A DNA stretch of 64,000 bases from Octopus vulgaris (taxonomy: Eukaryota): assembly GCA_951406725.2 (NCBI GenBank), contig OX597832.1:12400001-12464000 (forward strand), written 5' to 3'. This document shows, in pieces, positions 39,156 to 52,657 of the stretch. How positions within the stretch are numbered: position 1 is the stretch's first letter; the number at the start of each line of letters is the position of its first letter. A program made the position numbers and the translations under genes. The notes beneath the pieces were generated by a model. That model did not search any database. It was not told the origin of the DNA and worked only from the letters and a program-made list of their open reading frames with translations.

Positions 39156-41238
39156 TCCCAATCAACATATATGATAATTATATATACATACTAAACTGAT
39201 AGGCTGCTGGACTCTCTCTTTCCCGCTGGTTCCACAAAGTGAGGTACATTCATTCCAGAAAGAGCAGGGCAGGAAAAAACTGGGGTGGTGCAAGTAACAC
39301 GAACGATCTGCTCGTCAACTTGCAGGAAAGTGTTCAAAACGTATAGAAATAATATAATACTTAAAATGTGACCGATATATATTAAGAAATGAAAACAAAA
39401 CATCTTAAAAGTAAACATATATTAGAAATATTTAAGGAATAGGCATACTCATAATAGGTCGTTCACAAACAGACATGTAGCAGACAAGAAAGCCAAAAAT
39501 TAAATATTGTACAAATGAGAAGGAAATTCGTTGGATCTTGTTTCTAAGTGAGTCTTTAGTCTGTGATGAGATGTGGGTTATATTTACACTCTCACACACA
39601 TGTACATATATATATATAAACTTATATTTATACACATGTATACATACATTTTTATGTTCAAAAGTATATATACATACGTATATATATATAATTATATACA
39701 TACATACGTACATCTTATTCCGTCGCCACTTACAATAGTCTCGCACAATATGCGATTTCTCAAGCGGCAAAAAATGGTTTCTTATCGCACCAATGATCGA
39801 ACGAAGCAAGAAATTGCCAGTAGTGTCGTTGTGCATCAAGTGATTCTGGGAAGTAACTAATATCTAACATACGTATGTATCGAATACTGAAAAGTACTCT
39901 GGTTTGTGTACTTTCAGTTGTGTACATGTATGTATATGTGAGAGTTTACGTGTGTATGTACATATACGGCTTAGTGTGTTTGTGTAATAGTATTTTACAA
40001 AGAGAGATATCGTTAGAAGCAAAGGAACATATAGAAACGCACATAATACACACATGCATGAGTACACTCGTATAGGTGTGTAAGTATGCATGCGTATTTG
40101 TGTAGAATTCTTGGACTACACCGAGTAATTCTCTTCCTGTATTGTAAACAGATCAATAGTCCAGAATATATAGGCGAGTAAGCAAGATATAAACACGTAT
40201 TGTGCTACAGCAACATCTATTCGGTTAACTGGTCAAGAACTGGAAATGTTAATTTGTTTCTTATATAGATACGACACCTCTGAAAAGAAGTTGTACGTAT
40301 TGAATCTACAAAGTCTGTACAAAAAACTGTTACGATTTCGAGTGAAAGAAAACGCTTCTCCGTACATTCAGGCACCATTTGAAGATGTTAACAAAAGTGT
40401 CAAAACGACGCAATCATCAAATGAGAATGTGTGTATGTATTTATACACACACGCACACATATATGCTTGTGTATAAATGTACGTGTTTGGGGTAGTGAAT
40501 TTTGTATATATGTTATATAATCTGGAACCAAAATGAAAATGTGGATTATTTTGCTGTGTCTCTTCGACGTTCATAATCACGATATTGTTTGATATAAAGG
40601 AAGTTATTTTGAATAGTGTAATTAAACTTCTGAAAGAGCACTTCTCCATACATTTTAGTGAGACTATATTATAATAATGTTACTGTTTCATATTTTACAC
40701 CAAATGCTTTCCACGTACTGTACTGTACAACGTTCGTGTCTTGTGTTCTTTTGCGCAGAAGAGCTACATATCATAGTCTGTACGGTGCACTTGTTCTGCA
40801 GGTAGAAAAACCATATCAGTATATTGTCCCTAAATTCCGTAAGCGTTAAATAGGTAATATTCATGAACAAACCTTAACGTTGAGGGTAGTAGGCATATAT
40901 GAACAGTTGGGGAAGACTAGATTCTCTCATGGACAGATATAAGTCAGATAGATATAAGGAGGAAGGGAGAACAAAATTTATATCAATGATAATGCTGAGA
41001 AAACGAATATCTTTACCAAGAACTTCTTCAGCGAAAATTGATTATCTATGATGTAACACGTGTAATGGATATTATAATTGTCAACAGTGCACCTTTCTCT
41101 GTCACAAATGCAAGCGTTGGGTTTCAAAGAGCATATTTAAGCTGAAATAAAATATATAATCGTATAGTATGCGTATATATATATGAATATGAGAAAATGA
41201 TATATACATACATGCGTGAATGTATGTATTTGCAGATT

Positions 41239-41277
<39 letters not shown>

Positions 41278-41280
41278 CTT

Positions 41281-41649
41281 TTATTCTCTTTTACGTGTTT
41301 CAGTCATTTGACTATGGCCATGCTGGAGCACCGCATTTAGTCGAGAAAATCGCCCCCAGGACTTATTCTTTCTAAACCTAGTACTTATTATATCGGTCTC
41401 TTTTGCCGAGCAGCTAAGTTACGGGAACGTAAACACACCAGCGTCGGTTGTTAAGCGATGTTGGGGTGGGGGAAAACACAGTCACACAAACATACACACA
41501 CACACACATATACATATATATGCATATATACGATGGGTTTTTTCACTTTCCGTCTACCAAATCCACCCACAAGGCTTTGGTCGGCCCGAGTGAACCCAGA
41601 ACCATGTGGTTGGTAAGCAAGCTACTTACCAGACAGCCACTCGTACGCC
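41281..41649 (-). mobile_element. SINE family B with an internal deletion, inserted in (AT)n
   Basis: Collinear with 4348. The segment between GGCCCGAG and TGAACCC is missing. Confidence 0.9.
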
Positions 41650-41680
<31 letters not shown>

Positions 41681-41842
41681 ATCATATAATTAAGGGCTAA
41701 AGAGGGTTATTCTAAAGCCAATACACTGATTTATCCACTTATAATCCGCTTGCTACAGGAGAATTGAAACTGAAAACGGGCAACTAACCTTTAGAAAATT
41801 TAAATTTCGTTATCTCTATATTGAATCAATTTGGGAATTAAT

Positions 41843-41901
<59 letters not shown>

Positions 41902-42719
41902 GTGTATATAAATATATGTGTTTATTTATAAATGTATAATAAACATCTAAAGGTATCTGAATATTTCAGCAACGCATGGCGAAGTTACAACCTTGTGTTA
42001 GAATTGAGTATTCTTATGGTTTGCAATAAAGATTTAGTCAAGTACAGAACACAAAGGGAAATTAAATAAATGAGAAAAGACCAGGAGATTATGCAATAAA
42101 CTTCATTAGTTTATTGCATAATATCCTCTAACATTTTAAATTCCATATGCAAGAACACACATATATACATACATATATGCATACATATACATACTTATGC
42201 ACTCACACACACACCTACACCCACACCTATATTTGCTTGTATGAATGTATATTCGAGTGTCTGAATACTAACATACATACAAATGTATATACATTTACGT
42301 ACTCCCTCTCCTGAGAGTACCGATACTCGCCGCAATTAAGACCCTCGACTTACCGACACTACAATCTCACACACGCACAGAAACATACATACACACACAC
42401 ATACACCTTTCTTTTCTAATTGTCTTTTTCTTTCAATACATCTCCACAGCTAATAATTATTACTCTGCGGCAAAAATCCAATCGATCACCATTCGATAAA
42501 TATGACCAAACAATTTTTCTCCTTTAGTGAGCATGGACTATAGCGTTGCGTTTATTGCTTCCAAAGTTGTTCAATAATAGCCAATGACAAAAGCACACAT
42601 CCTTAGAGTGGTTGGTATGAATTGAATTAATCTCACTTGTTCTTCCTTTGACATTTCTTAAACATCACACTTCATAGGATCAAAATTACCAAAACATTGT
42701 TATAGTAGTTTTTGTTGAA

Positions 42720-42842
42720 GCTATTATTATTATTACTGTTATTATTATTATTATTATTATTATCATCATCATCATCCTTATCATTATCATTCTTCTTCTT
42801 CTTCTTCTTCTTCTTCTTCTTCTTCTTCTTCTTCTTCTTCTT

Positions 42843-42873
<31 letters not shown>

Positions 42874-42894
42874 TTATTCTTATTCTCCTTCTAT

Positions 42895-42929
<35 letters not shown>

Positions 42930-42995
42930 TTACTACTACTACTACTACTACTGTCACCGTTGCTTCTGCTGCTACTGCTGCTGCTGCTGTTATTA
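42720..42995. repeat. Compound trinucleotide array (ATT)-(ATC)-(TTC)-(TTA)-(CTA)-(CTG)
   Basis: Directly visible. It is the source of the poly-R/S/L/F/Y ORFs. Confidence 0.95.
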
Positions 42996-42999
42996 GAAA

Positions 43000-43178
43000 G
43001 GCGGCGAGCTGGCGGAATTGTTAGCACGCTGAACGAATTCGCTACGTTCTCCGCTGAGATCGACTTTACCTTTCATAATTTCGGGGTCAATAAAGAAAGT
43101 ACCACTCGAGTACTAGGTCAACGTAATCGACTGGCCCCTTCCATAAACTTTCAGGCCTTGTGTCTATAGTAGAAAGGA
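43000..43178 (+). mobile_element. SINE family A monomer with an internal deletion, followed by an (ATT)n tail
   Basis: GGCGGCGAGCTGGCGGAA head, core, and CAGGCCTTGTGTCTATAGTAGAAAGGATTATT tail. Confidence 0.88.
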
Positions 43179-43621
43179 TTATTATTATTATTAATATTAT
43201 TATTATTATTATTGTTATTATTATTATCATCATCATTATTATTATTTGTTGTTGTTGTTGTAGTAGTAGTGGTTGTTATTGTAGTAGTAGTAGTAGTAGT
43301 AATAATATTAGTAGTAGATACACGCAGGTATTTATAAACACGTTAACATTTCTCTGACATATTACTCAATAATTTTTAGTAGATTGCATATTTTGCAAAA
43401 AAATGTTGACAGTATGTTGAGAGTTTGGGATTGTCCGTCTTCGTCAGATTACATATGTATCCTCTCTCTTTCTCGCTCTCTCCCTCTGTTTCTCGTTCCC
43501 TCTCTGTCTCTGTTGCTTTCCCTTTCCTTATATATATATGTATAAGAGATACATAGAAACAGACACATACATATAGGGATAGAAGCGGTTGATGTCATAG
43601 GTTTTTACATTATGTGTTTTT

Positions 43622-43655
<34 letters not shown>

Positions 43656-43858
43656 TGAACCAGCTCAAGTGTAACTGTCCGAAATGGACGTGACTTCTGG
43701 TACTTGACTGATGAAAGATAGCCAAGAATGACTCATCTCTTTTTGCTTGTCCTTCTTATAGTTGTTTTTCATGTCTGCTCTTCTTGTCGTCTATCTGTCC
43801 GAACGTTTTAATGCCCTCTATTGCTTTTATGTTCCACACACAGACAAACACACACACA

Positions 43859-43945
<87 letters not shown>

Positions 43946-46613
43946 CGATACATCCACACACATTATGCACACACACACATGTATATGTCTATATCGATAT
44001 GTGTGTATATGTAAGTACACGTGTATATACATACGTGTATGTATTTGTGTGTGTAATCATAGATAGCACACATATATGCATACTCTCTTTCACACACACT
44101 CATAAACACGCATTTATATATATATATAATTCATGGAAAATGGAGTAGAGAAAGAATATGATTTATAGTTCTCATTATTAATCTCGTCAAGCTCCCATGT
44201 CTTTAATTGCTTATGTTTATACAGAACAACAGTTGAAATGACCGTAATACATTTTATATCTTAGACGCTCTCCCGAAACATATAATTTCTTCTTGGTCTT
44301 TTGACAAGTACACCTAGAAACTCTTCTCGAATTTCGTCGAAATACAAAAGCAAATATAAAAATAGACTTAGAGTCGCATAATTTATTAAGACTATTAGTA
44401 AATAGATTATATTCTCCCCACGCCCATCGACAAGAACATTTCTTAAAAGGTTATGTGAGTTTTCAAAAATTTTTTCTTAAATTTTATGTGTACAGTATTG
44501 ATTTCTTTGGTGGTTTTCTCGTTAGCTAGATCAAACATTTCTTTTAAATCACACACGAACGGGAAAATAAAATCTCGTATTTTCTTAGTCGGCATTGCGC
44601 CAGATTTTTCCATGTGAGATTTATTGGCGATTGAATCGACCATTTTACCTTATTAGTACACAATACATCGAAGGATAGTAGAAGAATACAAACAATGAGG
44701 CAAACAGACAATAGCAACAACAAAAAAAAAAAGACAAAGAACAAAAAGAAACAGAAGTTAAAGAACAGAATCCAGATTTAATGTCCAGTCAAATATGGTG
44801 CCACTGAAATAGTAAAACAGCATATACTCTTTGGCAATGATTGCTGCAGGCCAAGTGGCCAGTCTACGTAGCAACCATGTGGAAGGGAGACGATAGTTAA
44901 CCTTTGGCCATTGTCTGTATTGCGGCTGCTTCCGTTACAGTTGTTGTTGCTGATTGTATTGTTGTAACTATTGTTCTTGTGGTTGTTTTTGTTTATTCTG
45001 TATGTGTGATCAAAGTAAAGACAATTAACTTTCAGCAGGTCAATTCATACTGTTTGAAACGTATTTACACTGCTAGACTTAAGCTGTTTTCCCCCATTCA
45101 ATTCAAACACATTTTCATGAGAGTAATATCGTGTACTCGCGTATTACAACATACTAACAACAAATAATCTTAAATAATGCAGTTACATTGGAAAAAATAT
45201 TCGAGGAACCAGACGAAAAATTACACTCCGGCCGGAGATGAAACGTTCTAAGATGATGCTTCATAATTCACACCACAGAACGCACGCATGAATACACACA
45301 AAATCATACAGATATGATGAAGGGAAGGCCTATGTATGCATACACGTATCTCTCCCTCACACATTCTCTCTCTCTCATTATATGTGCATGTATGTATTTA
45401 TATTATATTATAATATATTATCTTATCTTATATATATATATAAAACAAGAGTGTGGAATACTTAAGTGGAATACATGAGTTGTTATTACATATTGTTTAA
45501 GCGCCATATCAGTATCTATCTATTTGCATCAATAATAAGGTTTTCTGGCTCTGACAATCTCTGACATCTTTTGATATTTTAAAGACACTGTATATCTAGG
45601 ACAATGGTATACAATACATGCTTGCATTTAATGTTGTTTTTGAATATTGGGGAATATATCGGAAGAATACATTGTCGATATTACTTTTGTTTTTTTCACT
45701 TACACCACATCTCTGATTATCAGAGCAATAATCACCGTTATTACTGTCTTATCTATAGAATCAGTTCTTCCTTGAAGCATAATTTACGTCAAAGTATATT
45801 ATCAAGTACCGGCCTTGCTTTAAAATAGTAGGGTATAGTTTGAAAAAGATTTGAATGTTATATGTAACTCCTAACGTGGGCTACCTGGTTACTTTTCGTT
45901 AGTTCGAAATATCTAGATGTTTTATATGGACTGTACCGAATCCGTATCAAGAGCTCTTTCTTTTATGTTACAATTGTAAGAGGCGTGCGTATTCAATTTG
46001 GACTGAAAATGAACCGCAATACTTGAGTGAACAAATAGGCTCTTCCACGCCATTTAGGCATCCCCTGCTATGTTTAAACAAATATTTGAAAGCAATGTAG
46101 AAACTGATAAGCAACAACATTAATTCAGAAATATCTTTGAAGCAATCAATAAACTAAATAAATAAACGAAAAACATGGAGCGCAGCCGAACTTGCATTCT
46201 GTAACATGCATAAATCTATCTGAGTTTCTAGCAGATAAATTGCCCGAAAACTGATACAGTCGAGTGATCCAGCCATTTATTATACTGCTATATCTATTTT
46301 CTTTCAAATCTATAAACGAAATAAAAGTGGAAGTCCAACAATAGAACAAAGAGTAAAATGAAACGCTTATCAGTGAATATCGACAAATTTCCATGTGTTG
46401 TTGTGCTACAAAGTGTAGAATACATATACAATACATATGATAAGGATTCTGACAACGTTCGATGGCAAGTGCCTAAGAAGGAAAAGCAACGTTAAACGAT
46501 ATTGATAAAACCAGATTAAATTTTTCTCTCCTGCTACGAGTCAAGCGCCATGCTCACACAGTGGTAGAACATGCGCAATAGGCCTTCGGATCTCTCACTT
46601 TCCCCTTCACTAT

Positions 46614-46644
<31 letters not shown>

Positions 46645-46847
46645 TGCACACACATGCACACGCATAAGTATCTGCTGTGAAGTAGTTGCTGACCTGGATT
46701 TAATGTTGAATCTGACGGCTTATCAATCGTATGCTGTCAGATAAATCTTAGTGTACCAGTCAATAGGATATATATAATGAATTTGATTCTACTCCCAGTA
46801 TTGCTAATCGCCCTCAGTAAATGTTTGTTGTAGCTCTAAAATTAAGG

Positions 46848-47041
46848 TTTCAAATTGTTGGCACAATATCAGCAACATTTATTATACAATGCATGTGAAC
46901 TTTATCAAGCACAGTTATTGAACAGTATATTTTTTTATCGACTCCGAGAGAATGAATGACAAAGCCGACCTCGCGAACATTGAACTCCAAAATTAAAATG
47001 CTGGATAAAATGCGGTTAAGCATTTCGTCCGTAGCACTAAC
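46848..47041 (-). mobile_element. Degenerate SINE family A
   Basis: TTTATCGACTCCGAGAGAATGAATGACAAAGCCGACCTCG..TTGAACTC is the reverse complement of the core. The tail resembles that of the 1705 copy. Confidence 0.7.
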
Positions 47042-47104
47042 TATTATACCAGTTGGCTGCCTGAAATGACCTGAAAATTTCATTTCACATTGAATAACAA
47101 TATA

Positions 47105-47530
47105 GGCGCAGGAGTGGCTCTGTGGTAAATAGCTTGCGTACCAACCACATGTTTCCGGGTTCAGACCCACTGCGTGACACCGTGGGCAACTACCTTCTAC
47201 TGTAGCCTAGGGCCGACCAAAGCCTTGTGAGTGGATTTGGTTGACGGGAACTCAAAGAAGCCGTCATATATATGAGTGTGTGTGTGTGTGTGCCTCTGTG
47301 TGTGTGTGTATTTGTGTGTCTGTGTTTGCCCCCCCCCCCCCAACATAGCTTGACAACGGAGGCTGGTGTGTTTACGTACCCGTAACCTAGCGGTTCAGCA
47401 AGAGAGACCGATCGAATAAGCACTAGGCTTACGAAGAATAAGTCCTGGGGTCGATTTCCCCGACTAAAGACGCTGTTCCAGCATGGCCACAGTCAAATGA
47501 CTGAAACAAATGAAAGAAAAGAATAAAAGA
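47105..47530 (+). mobile_element. SINE family B, full length
   Basis: GGCGCAGGAGTGGCTCTGTGG head through the CAGTCAAATGACTGAAACAA tail. Confidence 0.93.
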
Positions 47531-47852
47531 AAAAAATATGATTATTTCTCAAGACGAAAATGGACCAAGTGCCATATCCATGATTGTTATACGGACAGTA
47601 AACACTTTGAAACTTACCACAATAAAAGAATTTCAATTTCTTTCCTAACAAGTATGGAAAATTTCAGTATTTTTTCCAAGTTTTGGAAGTACGAAGTTAA
47701 ATTAGACGAAATTATATTTTTGTTGGCAGAATAACCTATTTCAAGGAACACGACACATACACATGCATGTATATATGCATTCATATATATGTGTGTATAT
47801 ATGTTTACATGCAATATAAAATACATACATACATACATACATACATAAGTAT

Positions 47853-48134
47853 TCATATGGGCCCAGTTTCCCGGTTTCTATGGCGTATGCGTTCCCCCCC
47901 ACCTGGACGGGACACCAGTCCATCGCAGCGTTACTCAAGAAACAGGAAGAAAGAGTGAGAGAAAGTTGGGTTCGAAAGGGTTCAACAGATGTCATCACTA
48001 AACCCCTGCCGGAGCCTCGTGGAACTTTTAGGTTGTTTTTGCTCAATAAACACATTCAACGCCCGGTCAGGGAATCGAAATCGCGATCCTCCGACCGCGT
48101 GTCCGCTACCATAACCACTGGACCATTGCGCCTC
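47853..48134 (-). mobile_element. SINE family C, long form with a V-SINE-like domain
   Basis: Head as at 20965. The minus strand contains CTGCGATGGACTGGTGTCCCGTCCAGG, which resembles the V-SINE conserved core (recognised from memory). Confidence 0.88.
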
Positions 48135-49193
48135 CACATATAAACATATAACAGAGAATATAGTGACAGAAATACAATTGTCGTGCGGAAAAACGTTTTA
48201 AACACAGAGCTTAACTTACAAAAGAAAGCGCTTTATTTTTAGCAGCAATTGATTTATATAATAAAAATAATATAGCAACGGTATAGCAAGTCTATGACCT
48301 ACTTAGTTACTGTCATTAACGAAGATTTACCTATCAGTTATTATTTCAGTGTAAAATTATTTCTACGGCGTGCAGTTACTACGCCACCAAACATTTACCT
48401 TGTTCTCTGCATCTAGGTTACATGAAGTTTTATGTACTCAGACAGATAAATATCTGAAAAAAGAGGTATATAAAAATTTTTTAAAAAAAGGAAGAATGAA
48501 GATAGCAGAAAATGATGAAAATAAACAAGCGTATAATAAAACATAGATATTTCAGGATGAAAACATACACCGATTACATACTGGTATGTATGCCATGAGA
48601 AGTTTACAAGCGTGAATAGGGAGATGGGAGAATACAAACGATTAGACAGAATGTTTAAGCATGATAAAATGACAGTGGAAGAAACCGGAAACGATTCTCG
48701 AGTTTTCTCGCTTGCCCTCGTGTGTTATTAAGTATAGCGTTGTGTCGGTCGGTAGATCGTAGGTAGTAACGTACGCATAATTTTACATGCTATGTATTCG
48801 GTTGGAACTTTAGGCCTATTTTTGTGTCACTGTAGCTCTTTGCCGAATAAGAACAAAATTACGTATATGTTCTATTATATGGTTTGTGTTGAATGTCGAA
48901 TGTATGCTCTCTTTTGAAACATTATATACATAATTACAATTTAGGTTCGTTGAAATATATGACAAGCGTATTTCAACTAACCTAAATTGTGATTATACGT
49001 AAATACTACTTAGCGCCATTACTCTCATATATACATTAGTGTATATATACATATAAATGCATATGCACACACGTACACATACAAATTTATGTGCATAAGT
49101 ATGTATATATATATATATATATATATACATTTTTATCTGTATCTCTGTCTCTATCTATCTGTCTATCAATCTCCCTCTCTGTCTTTCTCTCCT

Positions 49194-49250
<57 letters not shown>

Positions 49251-50141
49251 CATATCTATATATCTATATCTGTATTTATCTATCTATATATGTACACACA
49301 CACGCACACACACAAACACATTCGTGCATGTATGTGTGTATATATGTGTACACACATGCACGTGTATATATGAATGTATGTATATACATGTATCCATGCA
49401 AAGACACCCACCCACGTATATATGGAGTTATGACTGTAAACATGGATGTCAGAATTTCTAATAAAGGATACTTACAAACCTTGAAAACGCATGAAGTAGC
49501 GCTCAGAAATAAGCATACAAACACGCACATATATACAAACATGCATGAATTCCCACATACATACACACATGTATACACCCACACATACTTATATGTACGC
49601 ACACATACATGCTTGCATGCGTGTGTACATATGAGTGAGCGTACGTGTTGACGTGTATGTGCCTTCTTAAGCACGTCTTCAGTATATTTTTATCCCATTT
49701 CCATGTCAGGTTTACTAATGATATGAGGCACGTACTGAAGCCAGAATACCAGAAATGCGTAAATACTTTTGTATTCGCCCATAATCTCTTAGTAAATAAA
49801 CGGAATGTAACACCAGTTGTGTTCACCTAAACGAATAATAGCACAAATTGTATCATGGGAGGCCTGTTTGAAGTCGCTTGTTCTACCACGAAACCAGGCA
49901 TTGTTCATGATAATTATAAATTAGTATAAGAAAAAAAAAGAGAAGATTCCTCACGTTAAAAGAGCTGGGATTTCACGTTTGTAATGTCTTTGAACGTGTT
50001 TAACATATTTTTCTTCCACTGAGGGCTTACACGCTCAGAAACAAAATACATAAGCAAATATTTACATACATATATATATACATACATACATACATACACT
50101 CATACATATACATATATATATATATATATGTATACATAACG

Positions 50142-50181
<40 letters not shown>

Positions 50182-50994
50182 CACGGCTTTTATTTTGAGA
50201 TTGCTAATATTAATACAGCCTGAAGTTGCAGTGCTCCAAGTGAGCTATATTCAGTTTAATAATCTGAATGGAGGCAATGCAAGCGGAAACTAGAGGAGCA
50301 TAATTAATAGCCACACACAAAATCAAATATATTAATATAAAAATACATATAAATAGATAAATATCGATATGATACAGGAAACACAGTGAATTTTAGATTT
50401 AAAAGTTACAATACATTGGTGTAAAAAAAAATAAGATGATGAAATATTAAAAGGACGTATTAAAATACTACAAAAATATGACAAAAATTTTAAAATTCCA
50501 TCTACGGACCGTTTCAGAGACGTGCCAAGTAATATAATGTATTTCATATTTTTAAAACTGACATTCCCCTCATCAGGATGTTTTCACCCAATGTAAAAAA
50601 ACAACAACAAAAACAAATACAGAAATACACTTATACAATTACATACGAGCCACTCGATTGGCTGATATGTGGGTGGGGGTGGGGGGGTCAGTTTTAAAAA
50701 TATGAACATCCTGATTTAAAAATATCAACATTCGAAAACTTTTTGTTATTCATGAGAACATTTCAACGTAAGATCGGTTCTATTATTTAGTAATTCTAAT
50801 TTTCGAAGCAATTATATTAGCCATTTGGTTTCCTCCAGTCAACGATCTCCTTTAGTATTACCCGTATTGTACGATTGAACGGAAGTAATAATAGACATGT
50901 ATTTTGTATCTTTTTTTTTTGGTATATTTACATATGCTAGCGCAATAGATACAATCGTCAGTAAATTTAAGTGATCTTCTGTATTGTGTAACTG

Positions 50995-51039
<45 letters not shown>

Positions 51040-51053
51040 GTGTGTGTGTATTT

Positions 51054-51149
<96 letters not shown>

Positions 51150-52038
51150 TGTTTGTGTGTATTTACATATTCATATTTGCGAGCTTTAATCGTCTATGCT
51201 GTGGATGAAAGAAAAGAAAACATTTCCACCACTAATTCATTTAGCAGAATATTGGAAGACGGATAACTGCTCTATCTTGGAAGCTCAGTGAATGCTCTAA
51301 CAAAATGATGTCCAATATTATGTGCGTCATTTTTCTTATGAGACTGCCTGTTCCAATATTTTCTACCGTTTTGTTGATGTGTACACGACTATAAACGATA
51401 CATACTCATGTAATAAATACGTACAGATGTAATGACACTTTATTCACATTTGATGGTAAAAACATATCTGTGTACATGCTTTCGGATATAAACGCATGTA
51501 TTTATGCATGCACATGTGTATTTGTGTGACGTAGGTTAAGAGTTCGTGGCGGGGAGTAGGCGATTTTGGAAACCTTTATCCTTTGAACTTAATATAACAA
51601 CATTGCTTAATTCATCCGCACCAGAAATAAACGACTATCGTATTATATTAATACCACCTATCATCCTACAGCCTCTCCTTTACACTTGTTCTCTCTTCTC
51701 TCTCAGTATTTCGTTATATCTCCCACTCTTCCTCTTTTACTGTCTGCCTGTCGCTATGTAAACAGATATAAGTATAACAACTTATGTTTAACTCGGTGTG
51801 TATATGTGTTCCTTTGAGTGCGTGTGTGTATTTAATATATATCTATATATGTATGTATTAGGTACGTGTGTATGTATTTATGTATGTATATATATATGCA
51901 TATATATATATATATGTATGAGTGTATATATATATGCATATATATATATATATGTATGAGTGTATATATATATATATATATATATATGTATTTATGTATG
52001 TATATATATATGCATATATATATATATATGTATGAGTG

Positions 52039-52071
<33 letters not shown>

Positions 52072-52621
52072 GTATATATATACATACATACATACATGCT
52101 AATACTTATCTTCCTATCGAGGAACTACGAATGCAAGGCGTAATGTCTCATTCGATGCGCAATCTACAACCTACGTATTTCTAAAATTACGGCGCCGACA
52201 TATACATTGCTGATGACGATTGTGATAATGATAGATAATGTTAATACCACTTACAATAATAATTATAATGTTTAAATAACAACAAAACCAACGCCACCAC
52301 AGCACCACCCCCAGCAACAACTACAACGATTCTAATAATAATAATAATAATAATAATAATATATTATCTCGGTATTTATATCGCCTGCGTTTGCTAACAA
52401 ATCCTCATGTTCCTCTTGAATTACTTTCTAAGTTAGAGAGATGGCAAGAGAGAAGCTATCTGATGCCAAAAATAAATAAATAAATAGACAAAAAAATGCA
52501 TAAATAAATGAATATAACATGCAAAGCTAAAATCCCGCTAAATATTCTATAAATGTCAAAACAAACACACACACACACAAACACTTTTACACGCCTATAA
52601 ATACAATGAATACAGACATGA

Positions 52622-52657
<36 letters not shown>

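Noticed and set aside
42686-43027. Poly-Arg/Ser protamine-like or poly-Thr mucin-like proteins (also 53494-53894 and 58719-59013)
   Set aside because: Translations of trinucleotide microsatellites with no splice or domain support.
50218-50300. Hammerhead ribozyme (CTGAAGT…stem…GAAAC)
   Set aside because: The core A9 is changed, there are extra bases before GAAA, and there is no U-H cleavage site or stem I.
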